The translations under genes and the position numbers were made by a program. DNA of 64,000 nt from an uncultured Alphaproteobacteria bacterium (lineage in GTDB: Bacteria; Pseudomonadota; Alphaproteobacteria; RF32; CAG-239): positions 82-64,081 of the forward strand of contig CALXTJ010000002.1 of assembly GCA_944391375.1 (NCBI GenBank), written 5' to 3'. The notes below the pieces were generated by a model. That model had not been told where the DNA came from, did no database searches, and worked only from the letters and a program-made list of their open reading frames with translations. The first letter of the stretch is position 1. Each line of letters begins with the position of its first letter. Shown in pieces: positions 19,186 to 28,871 of the stretch.

Positions 19186-20605
19186 GGAAAAATCAATGGA
19201 AATATTGGCCGGATATGTTAATGTTTTTTTTCTGCTGGCAGGGGTTTTAGTGCTTTCGGTTCGTCGTATTTGGAGCGATGAATCGGCCAAAGGTTATATT
19301 GCCGTTGCCAAGCTGTTTATTGTGGCCGATTTATTATCTTTAATCTTTTTTTATGATAAAAATATTTGGCCGGAGTATATGTCTAATGACGCTTTTTCGC
19401 TTGCTGTCTATATCTTAACCGCTCTGATGATGTATGTGTGGTTAAGTTTGTCATTAAAATGGTTTACGGCTTCCGGACTTCCTTCGTGTTGGTTTTGTGT
19501 TTTGGCCTTATTGTTGTTGTTTTGCTTTAAAATATTGGTTGCCACGGTTAATTTAGGAATAATGGCGGCAATTTTAACGGCCATTTTACTGTTACAATAT
19601 ATGTTATTACGGTTTAGTCAGGAAAATGAAGAGTTTCATAACATAAGCGGAAAATATCTTATAAATACGGCTCTTTGTATAGTATTATTGGGAGTTTCTT
19701 TATATTTATTTGCCCCTAAAAATTGGTCTTTGGCAAACGCTTTTGCTTTTATACAAACCTTGCCCATGCCGCAAATTTTTATAACTATAGGCGGCTTATT
19801 AGTGGTTTTATTGTTTATGATGGGTATTGCTCCGCTGCATTTTGGCATAACCGATATTGTCGGTCCGGCAGTTTTACCGGTGGCAGCTTATTTTACTTTT
19901 GTGCCGGTTATGGCTTTATGGACAACTTTTATCAAACTTAATGTAAAAGTGTTTGCCTCGTTAAGTACTAGGCTTGAATCTTTTTATGTATGTCTGGGCA
20001 TAATCTGTATTATTATCGGGGCAATAGGGGCTAACAGCAGTCGTAATCTGCGACGGATATTTGCTTTTATGGCTTTGTTTAATTTAGGTATTCTTTTAAT
20101 GGTTATTGCACCGTTTAATTATCAGTCGGTTGTGTATGTTGTTTGCGGCCTATTGTTTTATGTTTTGACATGCTTGGGAGTTTATACCGTATTTTATGGT
20201 TTTAAAAGCCAAGGTGAGTATTTAAGCACTTTAAATACTCTGTACGGTTTTTTCAAAGTTCGTCCCTTTATGGCCTTGACACTGTTTTTTTTCCTATTGT
20301 CGGTTACCAATGTGGCTCCGTTATGGGGATTTTTAAATTTATGGGAATTGTTACACCGTATTGTTGCCGATAAAAATTATTTGTTAATGATTGTTGTGTT
20401 CGGAACCGCTTTATTGCTGTTATCTGCCTTATTTCAAGTTTCGCGAACCATATTTTTTACCAAAAAAAGTACCAATTTTGATCGCGGAGAATTTAGTGTT
20501 TATTTATTTTTAGCATTAAATCTGTTATTACAAATGTGGCTTATGCTCAATGCCGGAGCACTTTCGGAGACGGTCAATAATTTGTTATCGGAAATGGTAA
20601 GCTGA
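19175..20605 (+). CDS. NuoN-like antiporter-type membrane subunit, highly divergent
   Basis: Multi-TM protein. GIAPLHFGITDIVGPAVLPVAAYFTFVP parallels the NuoN motif [27 protein letters not shown]. Confidence 0.45.
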   Translation: MFIKEKSMEILAGYVNVFFLLAGVLVLSVRRIWSDESAKGYIAVAKLFIVADLLSLIFFYDKNIWPEYMSNDAFSLAVYILTALMMYVWLSLSLKWFTASGLPSCWFCVLALLLLFCFKILVATVNLGIMAAILTAILLLQYMLLRFSQENEEFHNISGKYLINTALCIVLLGVSLYLFAPKNWSLANAFAFIQTLPMPQIFITIGGLLVVLLFMMGIAPLHFGITDIVGPAVLPVAAYFTFVPVMALWTTFIKLNVKVFASLSTRLESFYVCLGIICIIIGAIGANSSRNLRRIFAFMALFNLGILLMVIAPFNYQSVVYVVCGLLFYVLTCLGVYTVFYGFKSQGEYLSTLNTLYGFFKVRPFMALTLFFFLLSVTNVAPLWGFLNLWELLHRIVADKNYLLMIVVFGTALLLLSALFQVSRTIFFTKKSTNFDRGEFSVYLFLALNLLLQMWLMLNAGALSETVNNLLSEMVS

Positions 20606-20606
20606 T

Positions 20607-21341
20607 ATGGAAAATATAAATTCATGGTTATGGAAAGATGTGGAGATTGTAGACAGCACCAATAATGCCGTCTTTGAATTATGCAAGCAAATAAAAAAGC
20701 CTTGTATAATTACGGCCCGAGAACAAAACAAGGGTAAGGGGAGGCGAGGCCGAAGCTGGATAGGTTATAAAGATAATTTGTTTATGTCTTTGGCTTTTTA
20801 TCTGCCGCTTGATAAGTTAGGGCAAACGGTTATTTTAAGCGGATTGGCAGTTTTAAATACGGTAAAATATTTTTGCCCTAAGGTGGATATTAAAGTTAAG
20901 TGGCCCAATGATGTTTTAGTAGGCGGAGCCAAAATATCGGGAATTTTATTTGAAAAAGGTCCGGATGATTTTTGGATTATGGGTATAGGCGTTAATATTG
21001 TGGCACATCCTAAGCAAAATCAGACCGGATATACAACGACCGGATTAAATTATTTGGGAGCCAATACGGATCGTTTAGCCGTATTAAAGCGGTTTGTGGA
21101 GATTTGGGATACCATGACGGAAGATTATAATCGTTGCGGATTTGCAAAATTTAAGCAAGCCTGGCTTGACAACGCATTTAAATTAGGCCAAAAAATAATA
21201 ATAAAACAGGAAAATCGGGAACAGGAAGGTGTATTTAGAGGTATAGATGACAATGGCAGCCTGATTTTAGAACAGAACAATCGGAATATTAAGGTGTTGG
21301 CCGGCGATTTATTTGATATCAGAGATAAAAAGGGAGAGTAA
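20607..21341 (+). CDS. birA: biotin--[acetyl-CoA-carboxylase] ligase (catalytic domain only, no HTH)
   Basis: BPL motif QNKGKGRRGRSW (cf. GRGRRGR), KWPNDV, and a C-terminal SH3-like domain. Confidence 0.75.
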   Translation: MENINSWLWKDVEIVDSTNNAVFELCKQIKKPCIITAREQNKGKGRRGRSWIGYKDNLFMSLAFYLPLDKLGQTVILSGLAVLNTVKYFCPKVDIKVKWPNDVLVGGAKISGILFEKGPDDFWIMGIGVNIVAHPKQNQTGYTTTGLNYLGANTDRLAVLKRFVEIWDTMTEDYNRCGFAKFKQAWLDNAFKLGQKIIIKQENREQEGVFRGIDDNGSLILEQNNRNIKVLAGDLFDIRDKKGE

Positions 21342-21342
21342 T

Positions 21343-23031
21343 TTGCAAAAGGAAGGAATATATTTTTTACCGTTGGGCGGAGCCGATGAAATCGGTATGA
21401 ATATGTATGCTTATTCAGTGAACAGTAAGTGGATTGTGGTAGATACAGGATACGGATTTTTAAATGATGATTATCCGGGAATGGATATGTGTTATGCATC
21501 ACCTGCATTTTTGGAAGAAATTAAAGATAAAGTTGAGGGTATATTTATTACTCACGCACATGAAGATCATATGGGAGCTATTGCTCAAGTTTGGCCATCT
21601 TTGCAAGCTCCGGTATATGCCACGGCCTTTGCTGCTTGTTTAATAAAGAGCAGATTAAAAGAATATAAAATGGAAAATCTGGTGCCGATTAAAGAGGTAA
21701 AACCAGGAGATGTGGTAGATTTAGCGGAATTTAGGGTAGAGTTTGTTCCTCTTGTTCACTCGGTACCGGAAACCTGCGGTTTGTTTATAAAAACGGCATA
21801 CGGTAACATTTTTCATGCCACGGATTGGCGTTTTGATGACGGACGGCTTGATATGCTGCCGACCGGTATGGATTCATTAAAAAGAGCCGGCAAGGAAGGA
21901 GTAATGATGTTTGTTTGCGATTCAACAAATGTCATGCTGGATAAAATTCAGGCCAGTGAAGCAAAAATTCGTAAAAATCTGGAGGAGTTGATACCCGGTA
22001 TTAAGGGAGGGTTGATAGTAACCTGTTTTGCGTCCAATTTAATGCGTTTGGAAAGTTTGGTATTAGCTGCCCAAAAAGCCGGCCGCACGCCGATTTTATT
22101 GGGCAAAAGCTTATGGACAAACATAAAAGCGGCCAAAGAATGCGGCTATTTTGCCGATTTACCGCCGGTTTATACTCCCGAAGAAGTTCAGGGCATAACT
22201 TCGGATAAAGCTTTATATATTTGCACCGGCTCGCAGGCCAATTATCGCAGTGCTTTGAGTGTGATTGCCAAGGGTGAGAGCAAATATGTTAAACTCGGTC
22301 CCGATGATACGATTATTTTTTCCTCAAAAATCATTCCCGGTAACGAGGAAAAAATTGAAAAAATGCAAGAGAAAATGATAGATTTGGGAGTAAAAGTAAT
22401 TACCGAGGAAACGGCGGCAGTTCATACTTCGGGACACCCTTCCAAAGAAGAACTCAAAAAAATGTACAAACTTTTAAAACCGCAGATTGTTTTTCCGGTG
22501 CATGGGGATAAACGATTTATCAGGGAGCATAAAAGGTTTGCACTAAAGTGCGGAGTTAAGGAGGTTTGTTCAGGGCAAAACGGTGATTTATTTTGGTTAA
22601 AAGACGGTAATATAATGAAAGAAGAGGAAGTTTTTTCCGATATTATGGGTGTTGACAGAGGTCGGCAGGTATCATTATCGTCCGATTTAATCAAAAATCG
22701 CCGCCGCATAGCGTATAATTGCAGTTTGTTTGTGAGTTGCATTATTTCTGCTGACAATAAAGTAGCCGATTTGGAAATATCCTCCATAGATATTTTGGAA
22801 GAAAAAGATTGGGAAATATTAAGCCAAGAAATAAAAGAAACGGTTATTCCTTTAATTGAGGCTCGTTTAAGCGAACACGGCGGGCTTGATAACTCCACCA
22901 AAGACTTTATTCGTGGGCAGATACGCAAAAGAGTTTATAAAGCAACCGATATTAAACCGGTTACATTTTTTCATATTTATCAGGAAAATAAGCATAATGA
23001 CGAAAATAAGGAGGAAGAGCAATGTCAATAA
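21343..23031 (+). CDS. rnj: ribonuclease J (metallo-beta-lactamase / beta-CASP RNase)
   Basis: LPLGGADEIGMN plus THAHEDHMGA (HxHxDH). A TTG at 21343 with RBS AAAGGGAGAG fits better than the ATG at 21313, which overlaps birA; either is possible. Confidence 0.7.
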   Translation: MQKEGIYFLPLGGADEIGMNMYAYSVNSKWIVVDTGYGFLNDDYPGMDMCYASPAFLEEIKDKVEGIFITHAHEDHMGAIAQVWPSLQAPVYATAFAACLIKSRLKEYKMENLVPIKEVKPGDVVDLAEFRVEFVPLVHSVPETCGLFIKTAYGNIFHATDWRFDDGRLDMLPTGMDSLKRAGKEGVMMFVCDSTNVMLDKIQASEAKIRKNLEELIPGIKGGLIVTCFASNLMRLESLVLAAQKAGRTPILLGKSLWTNIKAAKECGYFADLPPVYTPEEVQGITSDKALYICTGSQANYRSALSVIAKGESKYVKLGPDDTIIFSSKIIPGNEEKIEKMQEKMIDLGVKVITEETAAVHTSGHPSKEELKKMYKLLKPQIVFPVHGDKRFIREHKRFALKCGVKEVCSGQNGDLFWLKDGNIMKEEEVFSDIMGVDRGRQVSLSSDLIKNRRRIAYNCSLFVSCIISADNKVADLEISSIDILEEKDWEILSQEIKETVIPLIEARLSEHGGLDNSTKDFIRGQIRKRVYKATDIKPVTFFHIYQENKHNDENKEEEQCQ

Positions 23032-23999
23032 TACCTGCAAAATTAAAAAAAGGCGATAAAGTTATGATAATAGCTCCGTCGCGGGGCTTAAAACTTATAG
23101 GGGCCGATTGTCGTAAAATTGCCGAAGAACGTTTAAAAAGCTGGGGTTTGGAAGTAGTATTTGCTCCCAATACCACGGATGAAAATTTTGACATGGAAGG
23201 TTCGGCAACGGTAGCAAAAAGGGTAGCCGATATCCATACGGCATTTGCCGATAAATCGGTAAAAGGTATTTTTACGGTAATAGGCGGGTTTAATTCAAAC
23301 CAATTGGTAAAACACCTTGATTATGATTTAATTGCTCAAAACCCCAAAATTTTTTCGGGCTTTTCGGATATTACGGCCTTACATGCAGCCATATATGCTC
23401 AAACCAAAATGGTAACTTATTATGGACCCCATTACAGCTCGTTGGGTATGTTGAAAGGTTGTGATTATACTTTAAGTAATGCTCATAATATATTGTTTGA
23501 GGATGATAATTTTGAATTGAAAGCTTCTGGCGAGTGGGCCGATGATGCATGGTACATCAATCAAGAAGAACGTGAATTTATCAAGAACGAAGGCTGGTGG
23601 CAGATTAGCAAAGGTGAGGCCGAAGGCACAATTATCGGGGGTAACTTGTGTACCTTTAACTTGCATCTAGGAACCAAGTATCGTCCGCAGTTTGAAAAAA
23701 ACACCATATTGTTTATTGAAGATGATGAGGAAACCAATATGGTCAACTTTGAACGCAATTTGCAAGCTTTATTAAATCAGGAAGATTTTGTAAATGTAAA
23801 AGGTTTGGTTATCGGTCGTTTTCAGAAAGCTTCCAAAGTTGACAGGAAAGCTTTGGAATTTATTTTGGATAAGCCGGAACTAAAAGATATGCCGATTATA
23901 GCCAATATTGATATGGGGCACACTACGCCGATAGCGACCATTCCGCTGGGCGGCAAATGTAAGATAAAAGACGGCAGGATATTTATATCTGAAAGATAG
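23022..23999 (+). CDS. ldcA: LD-carboxypeptidase (S66 family)
   Basis: IIAPSRGL, the nucleophile motif SGFSDITALH, and C-terminal His/Glu region. Confidence 0.7.
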   Translation: MSIIPAKLKKGDKVMIIAPSRGLKLIGADCRKIAEERLKSWGLEVVFAPNTTDENFDMEGSATVAKRVADIHTAFADKSVKGIFTVIGGFNSNQLVKHLDYDLIAQNPKIFSGFSDITALHAAIYAQTKMVTYYGPHYSSLGMLKGCDYTLSNAHNILFEDDNFELKASGEWADDAWYINQEEREFIKNEGWWQISKGEAEGTIIGGNLCTFNLHLGTKYRPQFEKNTILFIEDDEETNMVNFERNLQALLNQEDFVNVKGLVIGRFQKASKVDRKALEFILDKPELKDMPIIANIDMGHTTPIATIPLGGKCKIKDGRIFISER

Positions 24000-24017
24000 A
24001 ATAATCTTGCCACAAAA

Positions 24018-24047
24018 AACGGTGCTTGAGTTTAAGCACCGTTTTTT
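24018..24047 (+). terminator. intrinsic terminator (AACGGTGCTT-loop-AAGCACCGTTTTTT)
   Basis: 10-bp perfect stem plus T-run. Confidence 0.55.
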
Positions 24048-24212
24048 GTACGATTGTTATAATAAAAAGGCTATTCTCTTCCGCCTTTTCCGGCCATATA
24101 GGTGGTAATGGGTTATTTTTGCCGTAAGGCTTAAAATTGCTTGCTTTTTAAAAAGTTAGTTGCTATAAGATAAAAAGTTTTGAATTTTATATATTGAAAG
24201 GTAGATAATCCG

Positions 24213-25667
24213 ATGCTTGCAGCCAAAAATAATGTTTCAGCCATACGGTTTGAAGTGTTAAGTAAAGTCGCCGAAAGTTTTTTGAAAAATAATTTTGCAG
24301 ATATAAATGATTTGCCGCAAATTTTAGCCGGTGATAAAGCCCTCCGCGGCTCCGTTGCCAAAGATGTGCGGGTCTTAAAAGAACAAATCATTTCGGTGTT
24401 GGGCTTTACTCCCGAAAATGAAGATTTGAACCGCTCTTTAACTGATTTTGCCCAATCGGCACTGGCAAGGAAATCTGCTCCTTTAGCTACCATGTCGGTT
24501 TTACCTTCGGCTTGTGCCGCCTGTATGAAAACTCGCTTTACCGTAACCGATATGTGTCGCGGTTGTGTGGCTCGTCCTTGCGAATTAAACTGCCCTAAAA
24601 AGACCATTACGGTGGCAGATAAAGCTTTTATTCATCAGGAAAATTGCATTAAATGCGGCATGTGTGCCAATGTTTGTCCTTACGGGGCCATCAATAAAGC
24701 TCCGGTTCCGTGTGAAGATGCTTGTCCGGTAGGGGCCATAAATAAGGATGAAAACGGTTTTGAACATATTGATTACAACAAATGCGTATCTTGCGGAAAA
24801 TGCTTGGTATCCTGTCCGTTCGGAGCTATTGTTTATAATTCGCAGATGATTGATGTTTTAAATCAAATAAAATCTTCCGGTAAAAAAGTTGTTGCCATGT
24901 TGGCTCCGGCTATTGTCGGCCAGTTCGGCAACGATATCGGTAAAGTAATTACGGCCTTAAAGAAAATCGGCTTTGCCGAAGTTGTTGAAGTTGCCGAAGG
25001 TGCCGATGTTACTACTTTAAAAGAAGCCGCCGAATTTATTGAAAGAATGGAGCAAGGTGAGCCTTTCATGACTACTTCTTGCTGTTCGGCTTGGTTCAAA
25101 TCTACCGAAACCTTGGTTCCTGAGTTAGCTCACTATGTATCCAGCACCAAAACTCCGATGTACTATATTGCCGAAATCGTTAAAAACAAAATGCCGGATT
25201 GTCTTACGGTATTTGTCGGACCTTGTTTGGCAAAACGGATTGAGGCGGAAAAAAATCCTAATGTTGATTATGTTTGGGTTTTTGAAGAATTAGCCGCCGT
25301 TTTGGCCGGTTCCGGTATTGATGTCAATACTTGCGAAGCTTCGGGCTTTGAGCATGTGGCTTCGGCTCAGGGACGAATTTATCCCGTAACCGGAGGTGTG
25401 GCCGGAGCCGTGGCTCATATTATAGGCGATAAAATTCCCTGTAAACGCGAAGCTATTGACGGCTTAAATAAAGAAGCTTTTCGTAAATTAAAAATGTATG
25501 CCGCCAAAAAAAGTGCCGGTGAATTTAATTTGATTGAGGTAATGTGCTGCGAAGGCGGATGTGTCGGCGGTCCGGGATGTGTGGTTACTCCCAAAAAGTC
25601 GGCGGTTATGGTTGAAAATTATGTAAAGGCCAGTCCGGATTTGAAGGATATGCAAGGCAATAAGTAA
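24213..25667 (+). CDS. [FeFe]-hydrogenase-like protein (two 4Fe-4S ferredoxin motifs plus H-cluster-type domain)
   Basis: Motifs CIKCGMCANVCP and CVSCGKCLVSCP, then H-cluster-like TTSCCSAWF (L1), GPCLAKRIE (L2) and EVMCCEGGCVGGPG (L3). Confidence 0.55.
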   Translation: MLAAKNNVSAIRFEVLSKVAESFLKNNFADINDLPQILAGDKALRGSVAKDVRVLKEQIISVLGFTPENEDLNRSLTDFAQSALARKSAPLATMSVLPSACAACMKTRFTVTDMCRGCVARPCELNCPKKTITVADKAFIHQENCIKCGMCANVCPYGAINKAPVPCEDACPVGAINKDENGFEHIDYNKCVSCGKCLVSCPFGAIVYNSQMIDVLNQIKSSGKKVVAMLAPAIVGQFGNDIGKVITALKKIGFAEVVEVAEGADVTTLKEAAEFIERMEQGEPFMTTSCCSAWFKSTETLVPELAHYVSSTKTPMYYIAEIVKNKMPDCLTVFVGPCLAKRIEAEKNPNVDYVWVFEELAAVLAGSGIDVNTCEASGFEHVASAQGRIYPVTGGVAGAVAHIIGDKIPCKREAIDGLNKEAFRKLKMYAAKKSAGEFNLIEVMCCEGGCVGGPGCVVTPKKSAVMVENYVKASPDLKDMQGNK

Positions 25668-26995
25668 TGCAACCGCTCAGTTCTTCAAAAATAGCCAAAA
25701 TCGTAGGCTCCCGTTCAAAGGTTATATCGGTAGAAATATCAGGCGTTTCTACCGATAGCCGCCGATGTGGTTCGCATGATGTCTTTATTGCCCTAAAGGG
25801 CGAAAAGTTTGACGGGCACAATTTTGCGGCCTCAGTCATCAATGCCGGATGTCCGTTGGTGATTGTTGACCACTTAATTGACGGTATAAATCCCGAAAAA
25901 CAAATTGTCGTGCCTGATACTTTACATGCTTACGGCCTGATAGGTGCCTATAATCGCTCGCTTTTTAAAGGCAAAGTCATCGGCCTGACCGGAAGTTCCG
26001 GTAAAACCACCACTAAGGAAGAATTGAAGTTTATATTATCTTTTTTCGGCAAAACTTACGGCAGTTTCGGTAATCATAACAATCAAGTAGGTGTTCCCGA
26101 AAGTTTGTGCAATCTGGATATGAGTGCCGATTATGCGGTTATAGAAATGGGAATGAGTTCCAAAGGTGAAATTTCCAAGCTTACATCTTATGTTAAGCCG
26201 GATGTTGCTTTAGTTACCAATGTTTATCCGATGCATATAGAATTTTTCAATAATTTTGAGGAAATAGCCTATGCTAAGGCCGAAATTTTTGAAGGCTTAA
26301 GTGCTGATGGTACGGCAGTTATCAATGCCGATACCAACTTTGCCGACATTTTGGCAAAGCAGGCCGCTAAATATACTTTTCATATAGTAAAATTCGGCAA
26401 AGATTATCTTCCTAAAGCAAATTTTACCACTCAGGAGGAAGGAGAACACTATCTTTATAATGCCTGGGCCGTATTAAAAGTTGTACAGGTTTTAGGCCTT
26501 GATGTGCAAAAGGCGGCAAGTCACATTAAAGATTTTGGTGCTTTGGAAGGACGCGGTAAACATTATCGGTTGCAACTGCCGGATAATAAAGGAACATACA
26601 CTTTAATTGATGACAGTTATTCCGGTCAGCCCGAAGCCATGAAGTTGGCCATAACCTCATTAGATAAAATGTCGTGTTCGGGCCGTAAAATTGCCGTTTT
26701 GGGTAAAATGGCCGAACTTGGCAAACTATCTAAAGAAAAACATACAGAAATCGGTAAGTACATTGCTAATACTTCAATAGACATAGTTATCGGGGTTTGT
26801 CCCGAGATGCAGGATATGTTAAACGAGTTATCGGTAGATCAAGAGCATTACTATTTTGCCGATTATGAAAAAGTTGCCGATTTCCTGTTAAATAAACTCT
26901 TGCAAAAAGATGATATTGTCCTTATAAAAGGAGCAAGATATTCTTCATGCTTGTACAAAGTGGCAGAAGAATTGAAAGAAAAGGGAAGCAAATAA
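25667..26995 (+). CDS. murF: UDP-N-acetylmuramoyl-tripeptide--D-alanyl-D-alanine ligase
   Basis: Mur ligase P-loop [13 protein letters not shown] plus conserved central and C-terminal domains. Confidence 0.8.
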   Translation: MQPLSSSKIAKIVGSRSKVISVEISGVSTDSRRCGSHDVFIALKGEKFDGHNFAASVINAGCPLVIVDHLIDGINPEKQIVVPDTLHAYGLIGAYNRSLFKGKVIGLTGSSGKTTTKEELKFILSFFGKTYGSFGNHNNQVGVPESLCNLDMSADYAVIEMGMSSKGEISKLTSYVKPDVALVTNVYPMHIEFFNNFEEIAYAKAEIFEGLSADGTAVINADTNFADILAKQAAKYTFHIVKFGKDYLPKANFTTQEEGEHYLYNAWAVLKVVQVLGLDVQKAASHIKDFGALEGRGKHYRLQLPDNKGTYTLIDDSYSGQPEAMKLAITSLDKMSCSGRKIAVLGKMAELGKLSKEKHTEIGKYIANTSIDIVIGVCPEMQDMLNELSVDQEHYYFADYEKVADFLLNKLLQKDDIVLIKGARYSSCLYKVAEELKEKGSK

Positions 26996-27492
26996 TGAAG
27001 TGTCCGTTTTGCGGTTGTGACGATACCATAGTTAAAGATTCGCGAAATGCCGATGATGATACGGCGATTCGCCGTCGTCGGGAATGTCCGGAATGCGGCT
27101 CGCGTTTTACGACTTTTGAAAGAGTCCAGCTACGGGAATTGATAGTAATCAAAAAAAACGGAGAGAGAACATTTTTTGATCGTGACAAATTATATCGTTC
27201 CATAGAACTGGCGGTTCGCAAGCGTCCGATTTCCGCCGAGCGGGTTGAAAAAATAGTCAATTCCCTTCAACGAGGGTTTGAAAGCTCCGGTGAAAGCGAA
27301 ATTACTACCGAGGCTATCGGCGAAGCGGTAATGGATGCCTTGTCGCGTTTGGATAATATAGCTTACATAAGGTTTGCCTCCGTTTATAAAGATTTTAAAG
27401 AGATAAAAGATTTTGAAGATTTTGTTGAAACCATAGACAGACTGGCTAAACCGGCAAGTGAAATAAAAACAGAGGAAAGTAATCATGACTAA
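26995..27492 (+). CDS. nrdR: transcriptional repressor NrdR
   Basis: Zinc ribbon MKCPFCG...CPECG followed by an ATP-cone. The start ATG overlaps the murF stop by 1 nt. Confidence 0.85.
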   Translation: MKCPFCGCDDTIVKDSRNADDDTAIRRRRECPECGSRFTTFERVQLRELIVIKKNGERTFFDRDKLYRSIELAVRKRPISAERVEKIVNSLQRGFESSGESEITTEAIGEAVMDALSRLDNIAYIRFASVYKDFKEIKDFEDFVETIDRLAKPASEIKTEESNHD

Positions 27493-27973
27493 GTTTGTAT
27501 CAAGAAAAATTCGTCGTAAATCGGGAGCCCGTCTGGCTGCGGTTCAGGCAACATATATGATAGCTTATGGCCAACTTCCGGTAGATGAGGTAATCAAAGA
27601 CTTTACGGAAGGTAAAGTCGGCCGCTATGTAATAGAGGAAGATAATATCTCGGAAAGTGAGGAACTAATAGAAATATCACCGATAGATAAAGAGTATTTT
27701 GAACATTTGGTCAGAGGCGTACATTCCAAAAAACAGGAATTGGAAAAATCTTTATCGCACTATCTGAAAGGCGACTGGACCTTAGACCGCATGGACGGAA
27801 CGATGCAATCGTTGTTATTGTGTGCGGTTTATGAACTGAGCAACACCTTGGATGTTGATACCAAAGTGCTTATTCAGGAATATGTTGATTTAGCTTATGC
27901 TTTTTATACCAAGAATGAACCGAAAATGGTCAATGCATTGCTTGATCAAATAGCTCATGCCATAAGAGAGTAA
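27485..27973 (+). CDS. nusB: transcription antitermination factor NusB
   Basis: [11 protein letters not shown]-terminus and [19 protein letters not shown] core, typical of NusB. Confidence 0.75.
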   Translation: MTKFVSRKIRRKSGARLAAVQATYMIAYGQLPVDEVIKDFTEGKVGRYVIEEDNISESEELIEISPIDKEYFEHLVRGVHSKKQELEKSLSHYLKGDWTLDRMDGTMQSLLLCAVYELSNTLDVDTKVLIQEYVDLAYAFYTKNEPKMVNALLDQIAHAIRE

Positions 27974-27991
27974 TCAACACGGGAGAAGGTC

Positions 27992-28540
27992 ATGAGTATC
28001 TTGAAATTATACGAATATCCGCATCCGATATTGCACCAAAAAGCCGAAAGAGTGCTTAAGGTTGATGACGAAATCCGTAAATTATTGGATGATATGCTGG
28101 AAACCATGTATGCCGACAAAGGGGTAGGGTTAGCCGCTCCGCAAGTCGGGGTTTCCAAACGCATAATAGTTATAGATACCGAACAACGCGACGAAGAAGG
28201 TAATTACAAACCCGGAAAGCCGATGTATTTAATCAATCCGGAAATTATTTATAAGTCGGAAGAAAAAATACTTTTTTGCGAAGGATGTTTGTCGGTTCCG
28301 GGCCAAAGTGCCGAAGTTGAAAGGCATGAAAGCGTAAAAGTCAGATATACGGATTATAACGGCAAGGAACAAGAATTGGAAGCATCTGACTACCGAGCGG
28401 TTGTTTTGCAACATGAAATAGACCATTTGGACGGGATTTTATATATTGACAGGCTAAGCCGCTTAAAAAGAAATATGTTGCTAAAAAAACTTGAAAAATA
28501 CCGTGCTTCGGAAGCTCCTGAAAATAATTTTGAAGAGTAA
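27992..28540 (+). CDS. def: peptide deformylase
   Basis: Motifs GVGLAAPQVG, EGCLSVPG and HEIDHLDG. Confidence 0.85.
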   Translation: MSILKLYEYPHPILHQKAERVLKVDDEIRKLLDDMLETMYADKGVGLAAPQVGVSKRIIVIDTEQRDEEGNYKPGKPMYLINPEIIYKSEEKILFCEGCLSVPGQSAEVERHESVKVRYTDYNGKEQELEASDYRAVVLQHEIDHLDGILYIDRLSRLKRNMLLKKLEKYRASEAPENNFEE

Positions 28541-28649
28541 AATATAAAAGTTATCCCCTTGTAAAAAAATCAAAGCTTTACTATTTATAAGTTCATGCTT
28601 ATCTTAAGTATTGTAAAAAGAAAAAATAACCTATAAAGGATATTATTAA

Positions 28650-28868
28650 ATGACTAAGAATGCACAGAACGATTTTTTAAATGATATTAAAGAAAATAAA
28701 ATAGCGGTTACCGTATTTTTAATTAACGGTGTTAAGCTGCAAGGAGTGATTACCTGGTTTGATGAGGGATCATTACTTTTAAGAAGAGACGGCCATACGC
28801 AATTGGTATATAAACATGCGGTGTCCACAATTATGCCGAGTACGGCGGTTGATGTTGTAGAAGATTAG
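28650..28868 (+). CDS. hfq: RNA chaperone Hfq
   Basis: Sm1/Sm2 motifs: [19 protein letters not shown]...[10 protein letters not shown]. Confidence 0.85.
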   Translation: MTKNAQNDFLNDIKENKIAVTVFLINGVKLQGVITWFDEGSLLLRRDGHTQLVYKHAVSTIMPSTAVDVVED

Positions 28869-28871
28869 ACC

